Below the pieces are notes generated by a model. The model was not told the origin of the DNA. It ran no database searches and saw nothing but the letters and a program-made list of their open reading frames with translations. Positions 39,501-55,000 of a stretch of DNA of 64,000 bases are shown in pieces. Position 1 is the stretch's first letter. Each line of letters begins with the position of its first letter. The DNA comes from Laetmonice hystrix (lineage: Eukaryota). A program made the translations under genes and the position numbers. The stretch covers positions 25,360,001 to 25,424,000 of the forward strand of contig OZ249436.1 of NCBI GenBank assembly GCA_965235115.1, written 5' to 3'.

Positions 39501-42500
39501 AGCAAACGCACTGCCCCATATAATGCTCCCAGCCTAAAACGATGTTGCAATTAATTTAAAATTAACAAGATGCACTAGTAATCCGATCCAAGCTTAATTA
39601 CGTCATTGCTAGTTTCATAACCAAATCTCACAGAAAATACCCCACCCGGGCACATACCTGAAAATATTCAACTTTTATCTCCAATGTATCCCTGTGCACC
39701 TAGTAGCACCCAAGCGGGCCCAATTTTGACATCCCAACACAAATACCGCAAATACCCGCCTAATGGCACAAAAAAATTTCTACCCCGTTGCAAGTCACAT
39801 TAGCGTGCTGCTTGTCGTAAAAAATGGTGCAGACCATTTCTAAAGTCACAGTACCCCACTCCCGGCCTAATATTACGTTTCAGTATCCATATACGCTGCA
39901 AGCGGCAGGAACTCGAATACAGGCCTAAAAGTAACCTCAGTCTAGCAATATCATACTCCCATGCCATATACGAGCTTGTAATTATCTTTAATTAATGGGC
40001 TCCGCAGCACCAACCCACTGCATTAACATTTGTTTAACAGCTTAACGCACCTTGTAAAATTTTTTCAAGTGCGTAAAAATGCGTGTCCACCTCCACATAC
40101 TTTAAAAATCACTATACCCACCCAGCGACATCCACTCTAATACACGCCTAAAAGGAACTTCACTGTCCCATTTGATTCTCCAGCACGTATAGGATGTTTC
40201 AAGTAACATTCATCCACGGTCTGGCCCAATAACGTGCAACAAGGCATAGTAAGTCAATGCGAGCTCGCATGTCAAACCTAACCCGCCCCCCAGCACATGA
40301 GCTGAAAATATTCAAATAGCTTGAAAACTAGAATATAGCTTTGCTTAATACCATTATACCATCAACTCGCATTACAGGCCTAATGCGAAGCTCCCAGCCT
40401 AAAACGAGTTTCCAATTAATTTAAAGTTAACAACATGCACTAATAATCGATTCCAAGCCTAATTAGGCCATTGCTAGTTGGATAACCAAATCTCATACAA
40501 AATACACCCTCCCGGCAGATGACCTGAGAATATTCAACTCTTATGTCCGATATATCCCTGTCCGCTTAGTAGCACCCAGCCGGGCCCCCATTTTGACATT
40601 GCAACACCAATACAGCAAGTGCCCAGCTAACAGCACAAATAACAGGATTCAGGGCTTCCTCCACGTTACAAGTCACAATAGATTGCTGCCTGTCGTAAAA
40701 ATATACCAGACCATTTTAAAAAGTCACAGGACCCCAATCCGGCCCTAATATGTCACTCCCAGTACCAATACACGCTGGAAGCACCATCAACTGAAATTCA
40801 GGCCTAGAACCCACCTCTCTCTACCAATATCATGCACCTAGTCCGTATACGAGGTTGTAATTTACTTTAATCAACGGGCTGCGCCGCAGCAACCCACTCT
40901 GGTCTTTGCAATCTTTTTCAATATGCGTTAACATTTGTAACCAGCTCAACGCGCCTTGTAAAATTTTTCAAAGTGCGTAAAAGTGTGTGTCCACCCCGAC
41001 ACGCTTTCCAAACCACTATACCCACCGAGCGACATCCACTCAAATACAGGCTTCGACCGATCCTCACTGTGCCAATAATCCGACACAAGGCAAATTCAGT
41101 CAATGCAAGCTGGAAAATCGAATGTCAAACCTAATGCTCCCCCCCCCCCAGCACGTTAACTGAAAATAATCAACTAGCTTGAAAACTAGAATATAGCTTT
41201 GTTAAGCTAACAATCTACTCTCCCAGCGCCATCAACTCGCCTACAGGCGTAAAAGCAAACGCACTGCCCCATATAATGCTCCCAGCCTAAAACGATGTTG
41301 CAATTAATTTAAAATTAACAAGATGCACTAGTAATCCGATCCAAGCCTAATTACGTCATTGCTAGTTTCATAACCAAATCTTACAGAAAATACCCCACCC
41401 GCGCACATAACCTGAAAATATTCAACTTTTATCTCCAATGTATCCCTGTGCACCTAGTAGCACCCAAGCGGGCCCAATTTTGACATTCCAACACAAATAC
41501 CGCAAATACCCGCCTAATGGCACAAAAAACTTTCTACCCCGTTGCAAGTCACATTAGCTTGCTGCTTGTCGTAAAAAATGGTGCAGACCATTTCTAAAGT
41601 CACAGTACCCCACTCCCGGCCTAATATTACGTTTCAGTATCCATATACGCTGCAAGCGACAGGAACTCGAATACAGGCCTAAAAGTAACCCCAGTCTAGC
41701 AATATCATACTCTCATGCCATATACGAGCTTGTAATTATCTTTAATTAATGGGCTCCGCAGCACCAACCCACTGCATTAACATTTGTTTAACAGCTTAAC
41801 GCACCTTGTAAAAAATGTTCAAGTGCGTAAAAATGCGTGTCCACCTCCACATACTTTAAAAATCACTATACCCACCCAGCGACATTCACTCTAATACACG
41901 CCTAAGAGGAACTTCACTGTCCCATTTGATTCTCCAGCACGTATAGGATGTTTCAAGTAACATTCATCCACGGTCTGGCCCAATAACGTGCAACAAGGCA
42001 TAGTAAGTCAATGCGAGCTCGCATGTCAAACCTAACCCGCCCCCCAGCACATGAGCTGAAAATATTCAAATAGCTTGAAAACTAGAATATAGCTTTGCTT
42101 AATACCATTATACCATCAACTCGCATTACAGGCCTAATGCGAAGCTCCCAGCCTAAAACGAGTTTCCAATTAATTTAAAGTTAACAAGATGCACTAATAA
42201 TCGATTCCAAGCCTAATTAGGCCATTGCTAGTTGGATAACCAAATCTCATACAAAATACACCCTCCCGGCAGATGACCTGAGAATATTCAACTCTTATGT
42301 CCGATATATCCCTGTCCGCTTAGTAGCACCCAGCCGGGCCCCCATTTTGACATTGCAACACCAATACAGCAAGTGCCCAGCTAACAGCACAAATAACAGG
42401 ATTCAGGGCTTCCTACCACGTTACAAGTCACAATAGATTGCTGCCTGTCGTAAAAATATACCAGACCATTTTAAAAAGTCACAGAACCCCAATCCGGCCC

Positions 42501-45256
42501 TAATATGTCACTCCCAGTACCAATAGACGCTGGAAGCACCATCAACTGAAATTCAGGCCTAGAACCCACCTCTCTCTACCAATATCATGCACCTAGTCCG
42601 TATACGAGGTTGTAATTTACTTTAATCAACGGGCTGCGCCGCAGCAACCCACTCTGGTCTTTGCAATCTTTTTCAATATGCGTTAACATTTGTGACCAGC
42701 TCAACGCGCCTTGTAAAATTTTTCAAAGTGCGTAAAAGTGTGTGTCCACCCCGACACGCTTTCCAAACCACTATACCCACCGAGCGACATCCACTCAAAT
42801 ACAGGCTTCGACCGATCCTCACTGTGCCAATAATCCGCCACAAGGCAAATTCAGTCAATGCAAGCTGGAAAATCGAATGTCAAACCTAATACTCCCCCCC
42901 CCCCCACCACGTTAACTGAAAATAATCAACTAGCTTGAAAACTAGAATATAGCTTTGTTTAGCTAACAATCTACTCTCCCAGCGCCATCAACTCGCATAC
43001 AGGCGTAAAAGCAAACGCACTGCCCCATATAATGCTCCCAGCCTAAAACGATGTTGCAATTAATTTAAAATTAACAAGATGCACTAGTAATCCGATCCAA
43101 GCCTAATTACGTCATTGCTAGTTTCATAACCAAATCTCACAGAAAATACCCCACCCGCGCACATAACCTGAAAATATTCAACTTTTATCTCCAATGTATC
43201 CCTGTGCACCTAGTAGCACCCAAGCGGGCCCAATTTTGACATTCCAACACAAATACCGCAAATACCCGCCTAATGGCACAAAAAACTTTCTACCCCGTTG
43301 CAAGTCACATTAGCTTGCTGCTTGTCGTAAAAAATGGTGCAGACCATTTCTAAAGTCACAGTACCCCACTCCCGGCCTAATATTACGTTTCAGTATCCAT
43401 ATACGCTGCAAGCGGCAGGAACTCGAATACAGGCCTAAAAGTAACCCCAGTCTAGCAATATCATACTCTCATGCCATATACGAGCTTGTAATTATCTTTA
43501 ATTAATGGGCTCCGCAGCACCAACCCACTGCATTAACATTTGTTTAACAGCTTAACGCACCTTGTAAAAAATTTTCAAGTGCGTAAAAATGCGTGTCCAC
43601 CTCCACATACTTTAAAAATCACCATACCCACCCAGCGACATTCACTCTAATACACGCCTAAGAGGAACTTCACTGTCCCATTTGATTCTCCAGCACGTAT
43701 AGGATGTTTTAAGTAACATTCATCCACGGTCTGGCCCAATAACGTGCAACAAGGCATAGTAAGTCAATGCGACCTCGCATGTCAAACCTAACCAGCCCTC
43801 CAGCACATGAGCTGAAAATATTCAAATAGCGTGAAAACTAGAATATAGCTTTGCTTAATACCATTATACCATCAACTCGCATTACAGGCCTAATGCGAAG
43901 CTCCCAGCCTAAAACGAGTTTCCAATTAATTTAAAGTTAACAAGATGCACTAATAATCGATTCCAAGCCTAATTAGGCCATTGCTAGTTGGATAACCAAA
44001 TCTCATACAAAATACACCCTCCCGGCAGATGACCTGAGAATATTCAACTCTTATGTCCGATATATCCCTGTCCGCTTTGTAGCACCCAGCCGGGCCCCCA
44101 TTTTGACATTGCAACACCAATACAGCAAGTGCCCAGCTAACAGCACAAATAACAGGATTCAGGGCTTCCTACCACGTTACAAGTCACAATAGATTGCTGC
44201 CTGTCGTAAAAATATACCAGACCATTTTAAAAAGTCACAGAACCCCAATCCGGCCGTAATATGTCACTCCCAGTACCAATACACTCTGTAAGCACCATCA
44301 ACTGAAATTCAGGCCTAGAACCCACCTCTCTCTACCAATATCATGCACCTAGTCCATATACGAGGTTGTAATTTCCTTTAATCAACGGGCTGCGCCGCAG
44401 CAACCCACTCTGGTCTTTGCAATCTTTTTCAATATGCGTTAACATTTGTGACCAGCTCAACGCGCCTTGTAAAATTTTTCAAAGTGCGTAAAAGTGTGTG
44501 TCCACCCCGACACGCTTTCCAAACCACTATACCCACCGAGCGACATCCACTCAAATACAGGCTTCGACCGATCCTCACTGTGCCAATAATCCGCCACAAG
44601 GCAAATTCAGTCAATGCAAGCTGGAAAATCGAATGTCAAACCTAATGCTCCCCCCCCCCAAGCACGTTAACTGAAAATAATCAACTAGCTTGAAAACTAG
44701 AATATAGCTTTGTTTAGCTAACAATCTACTCTCCCAGCGACATCAACTCGCATACAGGCGTAAAAGCAAACGCACTGCCCCATATAATGCTCCCAGCCTA
44801 AAACGATGTTGCAATTAATTTAAAATTAACAAGATGCACTAGTAATCCGATCCAAGCCTAATTACGTCATTGCTAGTTTCATAACCAAATCTCACAGAAA
44901 ATACCCCACCCGCGCACATAACCTGAAAATATTCAACTTTTATCTCCAATGTATCCCTGTGCACCTAGTAGCACCCAAGCGGGCCCAATTTTGACATTCC
45001 AACACAAATACCGCAAATACCCGCCTAATGGCACAAAAAACTTTCTACCCCGTTGCAAGTCACATTAGCTTGCTGCTTGTCGTAAAAAATGGTGCAGACC
45101 ATTTCTAAAGTCACAGTACCCCACTCCCGGCCTAATATTACGTTTCAGTATCCATATACGCTGCAAGCGGCAGGAACTCGAATACAGGCCTAAAAGTAAC
45201 CCCAGTCTAGCAATATCATACTCTCATGCCATATACGAGCTTGTAATTATCTTTAA

Positions 45257-46087
45257 TTTATGCAGGCAACACTCGGAAACAGATAATGTTGTTATTTGGG
45301 CAACACCCGTTTATTATAATATTAAAAATATAAGTTGGACAGTGAGCCCACACTGCACGTGTCCAACATTAATTAAAGGTTTAGGACAATTAGGTTATTT
45401 CTGAACAGAAAGGGTGTCACCATCCCATTTATGACAATGAGCCCACACTGCATTGTCATGGGAATAGATATGGTAGAAAATTACAACTAACGGTAACAAT
45501 AAGTAAATGTCCATGAATTGGTATTACTCTTGACAGTGAGCCCCCACTGCACCGTCTCGAAACCATTAATGTCCCATTTTTGACAATGAGCCCACACTGC
45601 ATTGTCATGGGAATAGATATGGTAGAAAATTACAACTAACGGTAACAATAAGTAAATGTCCATGAATTGGTATTACTCTTGACAGTGAGTCCACACTGCA
45701 CCGTCTCGAAACCATTAATGTCTATGTTCCCAAATCTAAAAATAGGAACATTATCGTTCAAAAATATGTGTTAAAGGGTTAAAAATGTGTTGAACAGTTA
45801 AATGTGAGTGGCGATGCAGAGCGCATCAAACAGATGGCCCAAGGCGGCAGGTGGGGCGGTGGAGGCACTGAAAACCGTTACCCTGCGTGTCTTGAAGAAA
45901 GTGGGAAGATTCAAGGACAACGTCACGGTCGTCAACCGGTTGCGGCATGATGCATGATGGGATTCGGCGTGACATAATTATTCAACACATGACCCAGAAA
46001 GTTGTTGCCATGACGGCGCTGATTCAGACAGTAGGCCTCTCGTGTTTTCCTGCATAAAATTCGTTGAACCTTCGGTTACAACGTGCC
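45257..46087 (+). mobile_element. Non-autonomous Helentron-type element (HINE / DINE-1-like), 831 bp, copy 2
   Basis: Appears identical to 35712-36542, sits at the same nucleotide of the satellite unit and is offset by 9,545 bp. Confidence 0.8.
45423..45722. repeat. 2 x 149-bp internal tandem repeat of HINE-like copy 2
   Basis: Same sequence as 35878-36177, shifted by 9,545 bp. Confidence 0.93.
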
Positions 46088-49000
46088 TTAATGGGCTCCG
46101 CAGCACCAACCCACTGCATTAACATTTGTTTAACAGCTTAACGCACCTTGTAAAAAATTTTCAAGTGCGTAAAAATGCGTGTCCACCTCCACATACTTTA
46201 AAAATCACTATACCCACCCAGCGACATTCACTCTAATACACGCCTAAGAGGAACTTCACTGTCCCATTTGATTCTCCAGCACGTATAGGATGTTTCAAGT
46301 AACATTCATCCACGGTCTGGCCCAATAACGTGCAACAAGGCATAGTAAGTCAATGCGACCTCGCATGTCAAACCTAACCCGCCCCCCAGCACATGAGGTG
46401 GAGATATTCAAATAGCTTGAAAACTAGAATATAGCTTTGCTTAATACCATTATACCATCAACTCGCATTACAGGCCTAATGCGAAGCTCCCAGCCTAAAA
46501 CGAGTTTCCAATTAATTTAAAGTTAACAAGATGCACTAATAATCGATTCCAAGCCTAATTAGGCCATTGCTAGTTGGATAACCAAATCTCATACAAAATA
46601 CACCCTCCCGGCAGATGACCTGAGAATATTCAACTCTTATGTCCGATATATCCCTGTCCGCTTAGTAGCACCCAGCCGGGCCCCCATTTTGACATTGCAA
46701 CACCAATACAGCAAGTGCCCAGCTAACAGCACAAATAACAGGATTCAGGGCTTCCTACCACGTTACAAGTCACAATAGATTGCTGCCTGTCGTAAAAATA
46801 TACCAGACCATTTTAAAAAGTCACAGAACCCCAATCCGGCCCTAATATGTCACTCCCAGTACCAATACACTCTGGAAGCACCATCAACTGAAATTCAGGC
46901 CTAGAACCCACCTCTCTCTACCAATATCATGCACCTAGTCCGTATACGAGGTTGTAATTTCCTTTAATCAACGGGTTGCGCCGCAGCAACCCACTCTGGT
47001 CTTTGCAATCTTTTTCAATATGCGTTAACATTTGTGACCAGCTCAACGCGCCTTGTAAAATTTTTCAAAGAGCGTAAAAGTGTGTGTCCACCCCGTCACG
47101 CTTTCCAAACCACTATACCCACCGAGCGACATCCACTCAAATACAGGCTTCGACCGATCCTCACTGTGCCAATAATCCGCCACAAGGCAAATTCAGTCAA
47201 TGCAAGCTGGAAAATCGAATGTCAAACCTAATGCTCCCCCCCCCCAGCACGTTAACTGAAAATAATCAACTAGCTTGAAAACTAGAATATAGCTTTGTTT
47301 AGCTAACAATCTACTCTCCCAGCGCCATCAACTCGCATACAGGCGTAAAAGCAAACGCACTGCCCCATATAATGCTCCCAGCCTAAAACGATGTTGCAAT
47401 TAATTTAAAATTAACAAGATGCACTAGTAATCCGATCCAAGCCTAATTACGTCATTGCTAGTTTCATAACCAAATCTCACAGAAAATACCCCACCCGCGC
47501 ACATAACCTGAAAATATTCAACTTTTATCTCCAATGTATCCCTGTGCACCTAGTAGCACCCAAGCGGGCCCAATTTTGACATTCCAACACAAATACCGCA
47601 AATACCCGCCTAATGGCACAAAAAACTTTCTACCCCGTTGCAAGTCACATTAGCTTGCTGCTTGTCGTAAAAAATGGTGCAGACCATTTCTAAAGTCACA
47701 GTACCCCACTCCCGGCCTAATATTACGTTTCAGTATCCATATACGCTGCAAGCGGCAGGAACTCGAATACAGGCCTAAAAGTAACCCCAGTCTAGCAATA
47801 TCATACTCTCATGCCATATACGAGCTTGTAATTATCTTTAATTAATGGGCTCCGCAGCACCAACCCACTGCATTAACATTTGTTTAACAGCTTAACGCAC
47901 CTTGTAAAAAATTTTCAAGTGCGTAAAAATGCGTGTCCACCTCCACATACTTTAAAAATCACTATTTGATTCTCCAGCACGTATAGGATGTTTCAAGTAA
48001 CATTTATCCACGGTCTGGCCCAACAACGTGCAACAAGGCATAGTAAGTCAATGCGAGCTCGCATGTCAAACCTAACCCGCCCCCCAGCACATGAGCTGAA
48101 AATATTCAAATAGCTTGAAAACTAGAATATAGCTTTGCTTAATACCATTATACCATCAACTCGCATTACAGGCCTAATGCGAAGCTCCCAGCCTAAAACG
48201 AGTTTCCAATTAATTTAAAGTTAACAAGATGCACTAATAATCGATTCCAAGCCTAATTAGGCCATTGCTAGTTGGATAACCAAATCTCATACAAAATACA
48301 CCCTCCCGGCAGATGACCTGAGAATATTCAACTCTTATGTCCGATATATCCCTGTCCGCTTAGTAGCACCCAGCCGGGCCCCCATTTTGACATTGCAACA
48401 CCAATACAGCAAGTGCCCAGCTAACAGCACAAATAACAGGATTCAGGGCTTCCTACCACGTTACAAGTCACAATAGATTGCTGCCTGTCGTAAAAATATA
48501 CCAGACCATTTTAAAAAGTCACAGAACCCCAATCCGGCCCTAATATGTCACTCCCAGTACCAATAGACGCTGGAAGCACCATCAACTGAAATTCAGGCCT
48601 AGAACCCACCTCTCTCTACCAATATCATGCACCTAGTCCGTATACGAGGTTGTAATTTACTTTAATCAACGGGCTGCGCCGCAGCAACCCACTCTGGTCT
48701 TTGCAATCTTTTTCAATATGCGTTAACATTTGTGACCAGCTCAACGCGCCTTGTAAAATTTTTCAAAGTGCGTAAAAGTGTGTGTCCACCCCGACACGCT
48801 TTCCAAACCACTATACCCACCGAGCGACATCCACTCAAATACAGGCTTCGACCGATCCTCACTGTGCCAATAATCCGCCACAAGGCAAATTCAGTCAATG
48901 CAAGCTGGAAAATCGAATGTCAAACCTAATGCTCCCCCCCCCCCAGCACGTTAACTGAAAAAAATCAACTAGCTTGAAAACTAGAATATAGCTTTGTTTA

Positions 49001-52000
49001 GCTAACAATCTACTCTCCCAGCGCCATCAACTCGCATACAGGCGTAAAAGCAAACGCACTGCCCCATATAATGCTCCCAGCCTAAAACGATGTTGCAATT
49101 AATTTAAAATTAACAAGATGCACTAGTAATCCGATCCAAGCCTAATTACGTCATTGCTAGTTTCATTACCAAATCTCACAGAAAATACCCCACCCGCGCA
49201 CATAACCTGAAAATATTCAACTTTTATCTCCAATGTATCCCTGTGCACCTAGTAGCACCCAAGCGGGCCCAATTTTGACATTCCAACACAAATACCGCAA
49301 ATACCCGCCTAATGGCACAAAAAACTTTCTACCCCGTTGCAAGTCACATTAGCTTGCTGCTTGTAAAAAATGGTGCAGACCATTTCTAAAGTCACAGTAC
49401 CCCACTCCCGGCCTAATATTACGTTTCAGTATCCATATACGCTGCAAGCGGCAAGAACTCGAATACAGGCCTAAAAGTAACCCCAGTCTAGCAATATCAT
49501 ACTCTCATGCCATATACGAGCTTGTAATTATCTTTAATTAATGGGCTCCGCAGCACCAACCCACTGCATTAACATTTGTTTAACAGCTTAACGCACCTTG
49601 TAAAAAATTTTCAAGTGCGTAAAAATGCGTGTCCACCTCCACATACTTTAAAAATCACTATACCCACCCAGCGACATTCACTCTAATACACGCCTAAGAG
49701 GAACTTCACTGTCCCATTTGATTCTCCAGCACGTATAGGATGTTTCAAGTAACATTCATCCACGGTCTGGCCCAATAACGTGCAACAAGGCATAGTAAGT
49801 CAATGCGAGCTCGCATGTCAAACCTAACCCGCCCCCCAGCACATGAGCTGAAAATATTCAAATAGCTTGAAAACTAGAATATAGCTTTGCTTAATACCAT
49901 TATACCATCAACTCGCATTACAGGCCTAATGCGAAGCTCCCAGCCTAAAACGAGTTTCCAATTAATTTAAAGTTAACAAGATGCACTAATAATCGATTCC
50001 AAGCCTAATTAGGCCATTGCTAGTTGGATAACCAAATCTCATACAAAATACACCCTCCCGGCAGATGACCTGAGAATATTCAACTCTTATGTCCGATATA
50101 TCCCTGTCCGCTTTGTAGCACCCAGCCGTGCCCCCATTTTGACATTGCAACACCAATACAGCAAGTGCCCAGCTAACAGCACAAATAACAGGATTCAGGG
50201 CTTCCTACCACGTTACAAGTCACAATAGATTGCTGCCTGTCGTAAAAATATACCAGACCATTTTAAAAAGTCACAGAACCCCAATCCGGCCCTAATATGT
50301 CACTCCCAGTACCAATACACTCTGGAAGCACCATCAACTGAAATTCAGGCCTAGAACCCACCTCTCTCTACCAATATCATGCACCTAGTCCGTATACGAG
50401 GTTGTAATTTACTTTAATCAACGGGCTGCGCCGCAGCAACCCACTTTGGTCTTTGCAATCTTTTTCAATATGCGTTAACATTTGTAACCAGCTCAACGCG
50501 CCTTGTAAAATTTTTCAAAGTGCGTAAAAGTGTGTGTCCACCCCGACACGCTTTCCAAACCACTATACCCACCGAGCGACATCCACTCAAATACAGGCTT
50601 CGACCGATCCTCACTGTGCCAATAATCCGCCACAAGGCAAATTCAGTCAATGCAAGCTGGAAAATCGAATGTCAAACCTAATACTCCCCCCCCCAGCACG
50701 TTAACTGAAAATAATCAACTAGCTTGAAAACTAGAATATAGCTTTGTTAAGCTAACAATCTACTCTCCCAGCGCCATCAACTCGCATACAGGCGTAAAAG
50801 CAAACGCACTGCCCCATATAATGCTCCCAGCCTAAAACGATGTTGCAATTAATTTAAAATTAACAAGATGCACTAGTAATCCGATCCAAGCTTAATTACG
50901 TCATTGCTAGTTTCATAACCAAATCTCACAGAAAATACCCCACCCGGGCACATAACCTGAAAATATTCAACTTTTATCTCCAATGTATCCCTGTGCACCT
51001 AGTAGCACCCAAGCGGGCCCAATTTTGACATCCCAACACAAATACCGCAAATACCCGCCTAATGGCACAAAAAACTTTCTACCCCGTTGCAAGTCACATT
51101 AGCGTGCTGCTTGTCGTAAAAAATGGTGCAGACCATTTCTAAAGTCACAGTACCCCACTCCCGGCCTAATATTACGTTTCAGTATCCATATACGCTGCAA
51201 GCGGCAGGAACTCGAATACAGGCCTAAAAGTAACCTCAGTCTAGCAATATCATACTCCCATGCCATATACGAGCTTGTAATTATCTTTAATTAATGGGCT
51301 CCGCAGCACCAACCCACTGCATTAACATTTGTTTAACAGCTTAATGCACCTTGTAAAATTTTTTCAAGTGCGTAAAAATGCGTGTCCACCTCCACATACT
51401 TTAAAAATCACTATACCCACCCAGCGACATCCACTCTAATACACGCCTAAAAGGAACTTCACTGTCCCATTTGATTCTCCAGCACGTATAGGATGTTTCA
51501 AGTAACATTCATCCACGGTCTGGCCCAATAACGTGCAACAAGGCATAGTAAGTCAATGCGACCTCGCATGTCAAACCTAACCCGCCCCCCAGCACATGAG
51601 CTGAAAATATTCAAATAGCGTGAAAACTAGAATATAGCTTTGCTTAATACCATTATACCATCAACTCGCATTACAGGCCTAATGCGAAGCTCCCAGCCTA
51701 AAACGAGTTTCCAATTAATTTAAAGTTAACAAGATGCACTAATAATCGATTCCAAGCCTAATTAGGCCATTGCTAGTTGGATAACCAAATCTCATACAAA
51801 ATACACCCTCCCGGCAGATGACCTGAGAATATTCAACTCTTATGTCCGATATATCCCTGTCCGCTTTGTAGCACCCAGCCGGGCCCCCATTTTGACATTG
51901 CAACACCAATACAGCAAGTGCCCAGCTAACAGCACAAATAACAGGATTCAGGGCTTCCTACCACGTTACAAGTCACAATAGATTGCTGCCTGTCGTAAAA

Positions 52001-55000
52001 ATATACCAGACCATTTTAAAAAGTCACAGAACCCCAATCCGGCCCTAATATGTCACTCCCAGTACCAATAGACGCTGGAAGCACCATCAACTGAAATTCA
52101 GGCCTAGAACCCACCTCTCTCTACCAATATCATGCACCTAGTCCGTATACGAGGTTGTAATTTACTTTAATCAACGGGCTGCGCCGCAGCAACCCACTCT
52201 GGTCTTTGCAATCTTTTTCAATATGCGTTAACATTTGTGACCAGCTCAACGCGCCTTGTAAAATTTTTCAAAGTGCGTAAAAGTGTGTGTCCACCCCGAC
52301 ACGCTTTCCAAACCACTATACCCACCGAGCGACATCCACTCAAATACAGGCTTCGACCGATCCTCACTGTGCCAATAATCCGCCACAAGGCAAATTCAGT
52401 CAATGCAAGCTGGAAAATCGAATGTCAAACCTAATGCTCCCCCCCCCCCCAGCATGTTAACTGAAAAAAATCAACTAGCTTGAAAACTAGAATATAGCTT
52501 TGTTTAGCTAACAATCTACTCTCCCAGCGCCATCAACTCGCATACAGGCGTAAAAGCAAACGCACTGCCCCATATAATGCTCCCAGCCTAAAACGATGTT
52601 GCAATTAATTTAAAATTAACAAGATGCACTAGTAATCCGATCCAAGCCTAATTACGTCATTGCTAGTTTCATAACCAAATCTCACAGAAAATACCCCACC
52701 CGCGCACATAACCTGAAAATATTCAACTTTTATCTCCAATGTATCCCTGTGCACCTAGTAGCACCCAAGCGGGCCCAATTTTGACATTCCAACACAAATA
52801 CCGCAAATACCCGCCTAATGGCACAAAAAACTTTCTACCCCGTTGCAAGTCACATTAGCTTGCTGCTTGTCGTAAAAAATGGTGCAGACCATTTCTAAAG
52901 TCACAGTACCCCACTCCCGGCCTAATATTACGTTTCAGTATCCATATACGCTGCAAGCGGCAAGAACTCGAATACAGGCCTAAAAGTAACCCCAGTCTAG
53001 CAATATCATACTCTCATGCCATATACGAGCTTGTAATTATCTTTAATTAATGGGCTCCGCAGCACCAACCCACTGCATTAACATTTGTTTAACAGCTTAA
53101 CGCACCTTGTAAAAAATTTTCAAGTGCGTAAAAATGCGTGTCCACCTCCACATACTTTAAAAATCACTATACCCACCCAGCGACATTCACTCTAATACAC
53201 GCCTAAGAGGAACTTCACTGTCCCATTTGATTCTCCAGCACGTATAGGATGTTTCAAGTAACATTCATCCACGGTCTGGCCCAATAACGTGCAACAAGGC
53301 ATAGTAAGTCAATGCGAGCTCGCATGTCAAACCTAACCCGCCCCCCAGCACATGAGCTGAAAATATTCAAATAGCTTGAAAACTAGAATATAGCTTTGCT
53401 TAATACCATTATACCATCAACTCGCATTACAGGCCTAATGCGAAGCTCCCAGCCTAAAACGAGTTTCCAATTAATTTAAAGTTAACAAGATGCACTAATA
53501 ATCGATTCCAAGCCTAATTAGGCCATTGCTAGTTGGATAACCAAATCTCATACAAAATACACCCTCCCGGCAGATGACCTGAGAATATTCAACTCTTATG
53601 TCCGATATATCCCTGTCCGCTTTGTAGCACCCAGCCGGGCCCCCATATTGACATTGCAACACCAATACAGCAAGTGCCCAGCTAACAGCACAAATAACAG
53701 GATTCAGGGCTTCCTACCACGTTACAAGTCACAATAGATTGCTGCCTGTCGTAAAAATATACCAGACCATTTTAAAAAGTCACAGAACCCCAATCCGGCC
53801 CTAATAATGTCACTCCCAGTACCAATACACTCTGGAAGCACCATCAACTGAAATTCAGGCCTAGAACCCACCTCTCTCTACCAATATCATGCACCTAGTC
53901 CGTATACGAGGTTGTAATTTACTTTAATCAACGGGCTGCGCCGCAGCAACCCACTGTGCTCTTTGCAATCTTTTTCAATATGCGTTAACATTTGTAACCA
54001 GCTCAACGCGCCTTGTAAAATTTTTCAAAGTGCGTAAAAGTGTGTGTCCACCCCGACACGCTTTCCAAACCACTATACCCACCGAGCGACATCCACTCAA
54101 ATACAGGCTTCGACCGATCCTCACTGTGCCAATAATCCGCCACAAGGCAAATTCAGTCAATGCAAGCTGGAAAATCGAATGTCAAACCTAATGCTCCCCC
54201 CCAGCACGTTAACTGAAAATAATCAACTAGCTTGAAAACTAGAATATAGCTTTGTTAAGCTAACAATCTACTCTCCCAGCGCCATCAACTCGCATACAGG
54301 CGTAAAAGCAAACGCACTGCCCCATATAATGCTCCCAGCCTAAAACGATGTTGCAATTAATTTAAAATTAACAAGAGGCACTAGTAATCCGATCCAAGCC
54401 TAATTACGTCATTGCTAGTTTCATAACCAAATCTCACAGAAAATACCCCACCCGCGCACATAACCTGAAAATATTCAACTTTTATCTCCAATGTATCCCT
54501 GTGCACCTAGTAGGACCCAAGCGGGCCCAATTTTGACATTCCAACACAAATACCGCAAATACCCGCCTAATGGCACAAAAAACTTTCTACCCCGTTGTAA
54601 GTCACATTAGCTTGCTGCTTGTCGTAAAAAATGGTGCAGACCATTTCTAAAGTCACAGTACCCCACTCCCGGCCTAATATTACGTTTCAGTATCCATATA
54701 CGCTGCAAGCGGCAGGAACTCGAATACAGGCCTAAAAGTAACCCCAGTCTAGCAATATCATACTCTCATGCCATATACGAGCTTGTAATTATCTTTAATT
54801 AATGGCTCCGCAGCACCAACCCACTGCATTAACATTTGTTTAACAGCTTAACGCACCTTGTAAAAAATTTTCAAGTGCGTAAAAATGCGTGTCCACCTCC
54901 ACATACTTTAAAAATCACTATTTGATTCTCCAGCACGTATAGGATGTTTCAAGTAACATTTATCCACGGTCTGGCCCAACAACGTGCAACAAGGCATAGT

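Larger units (their letters stand above)
29850..48930. repeat. ~9.5-kb higher-order tandem duplication within the array (5 units plus the HINE), with one discordant internal patch; boundaries approximate
   Basis: Private alleles recur at offsets of 9,538-9,545 bp: CACATACCTG 1-bp deletion (~30118/~39657), TCCGACACAA (~31545/~41083), GCCTACAGG, AAGCGACAGG, CCCCACCACG (~33365/~42906), the HINE, CAAAGAGCGT (~37526/~47071) and the 56-bp deletion (38420/47965). Confidence 0.85.

Noticed and set aside
45257..46087. Independent, site-specific second insertion of the HINE
   Set aside because: Shared private flanking alleles at the same 9,545-bp offset are better explained by duplication of the block.
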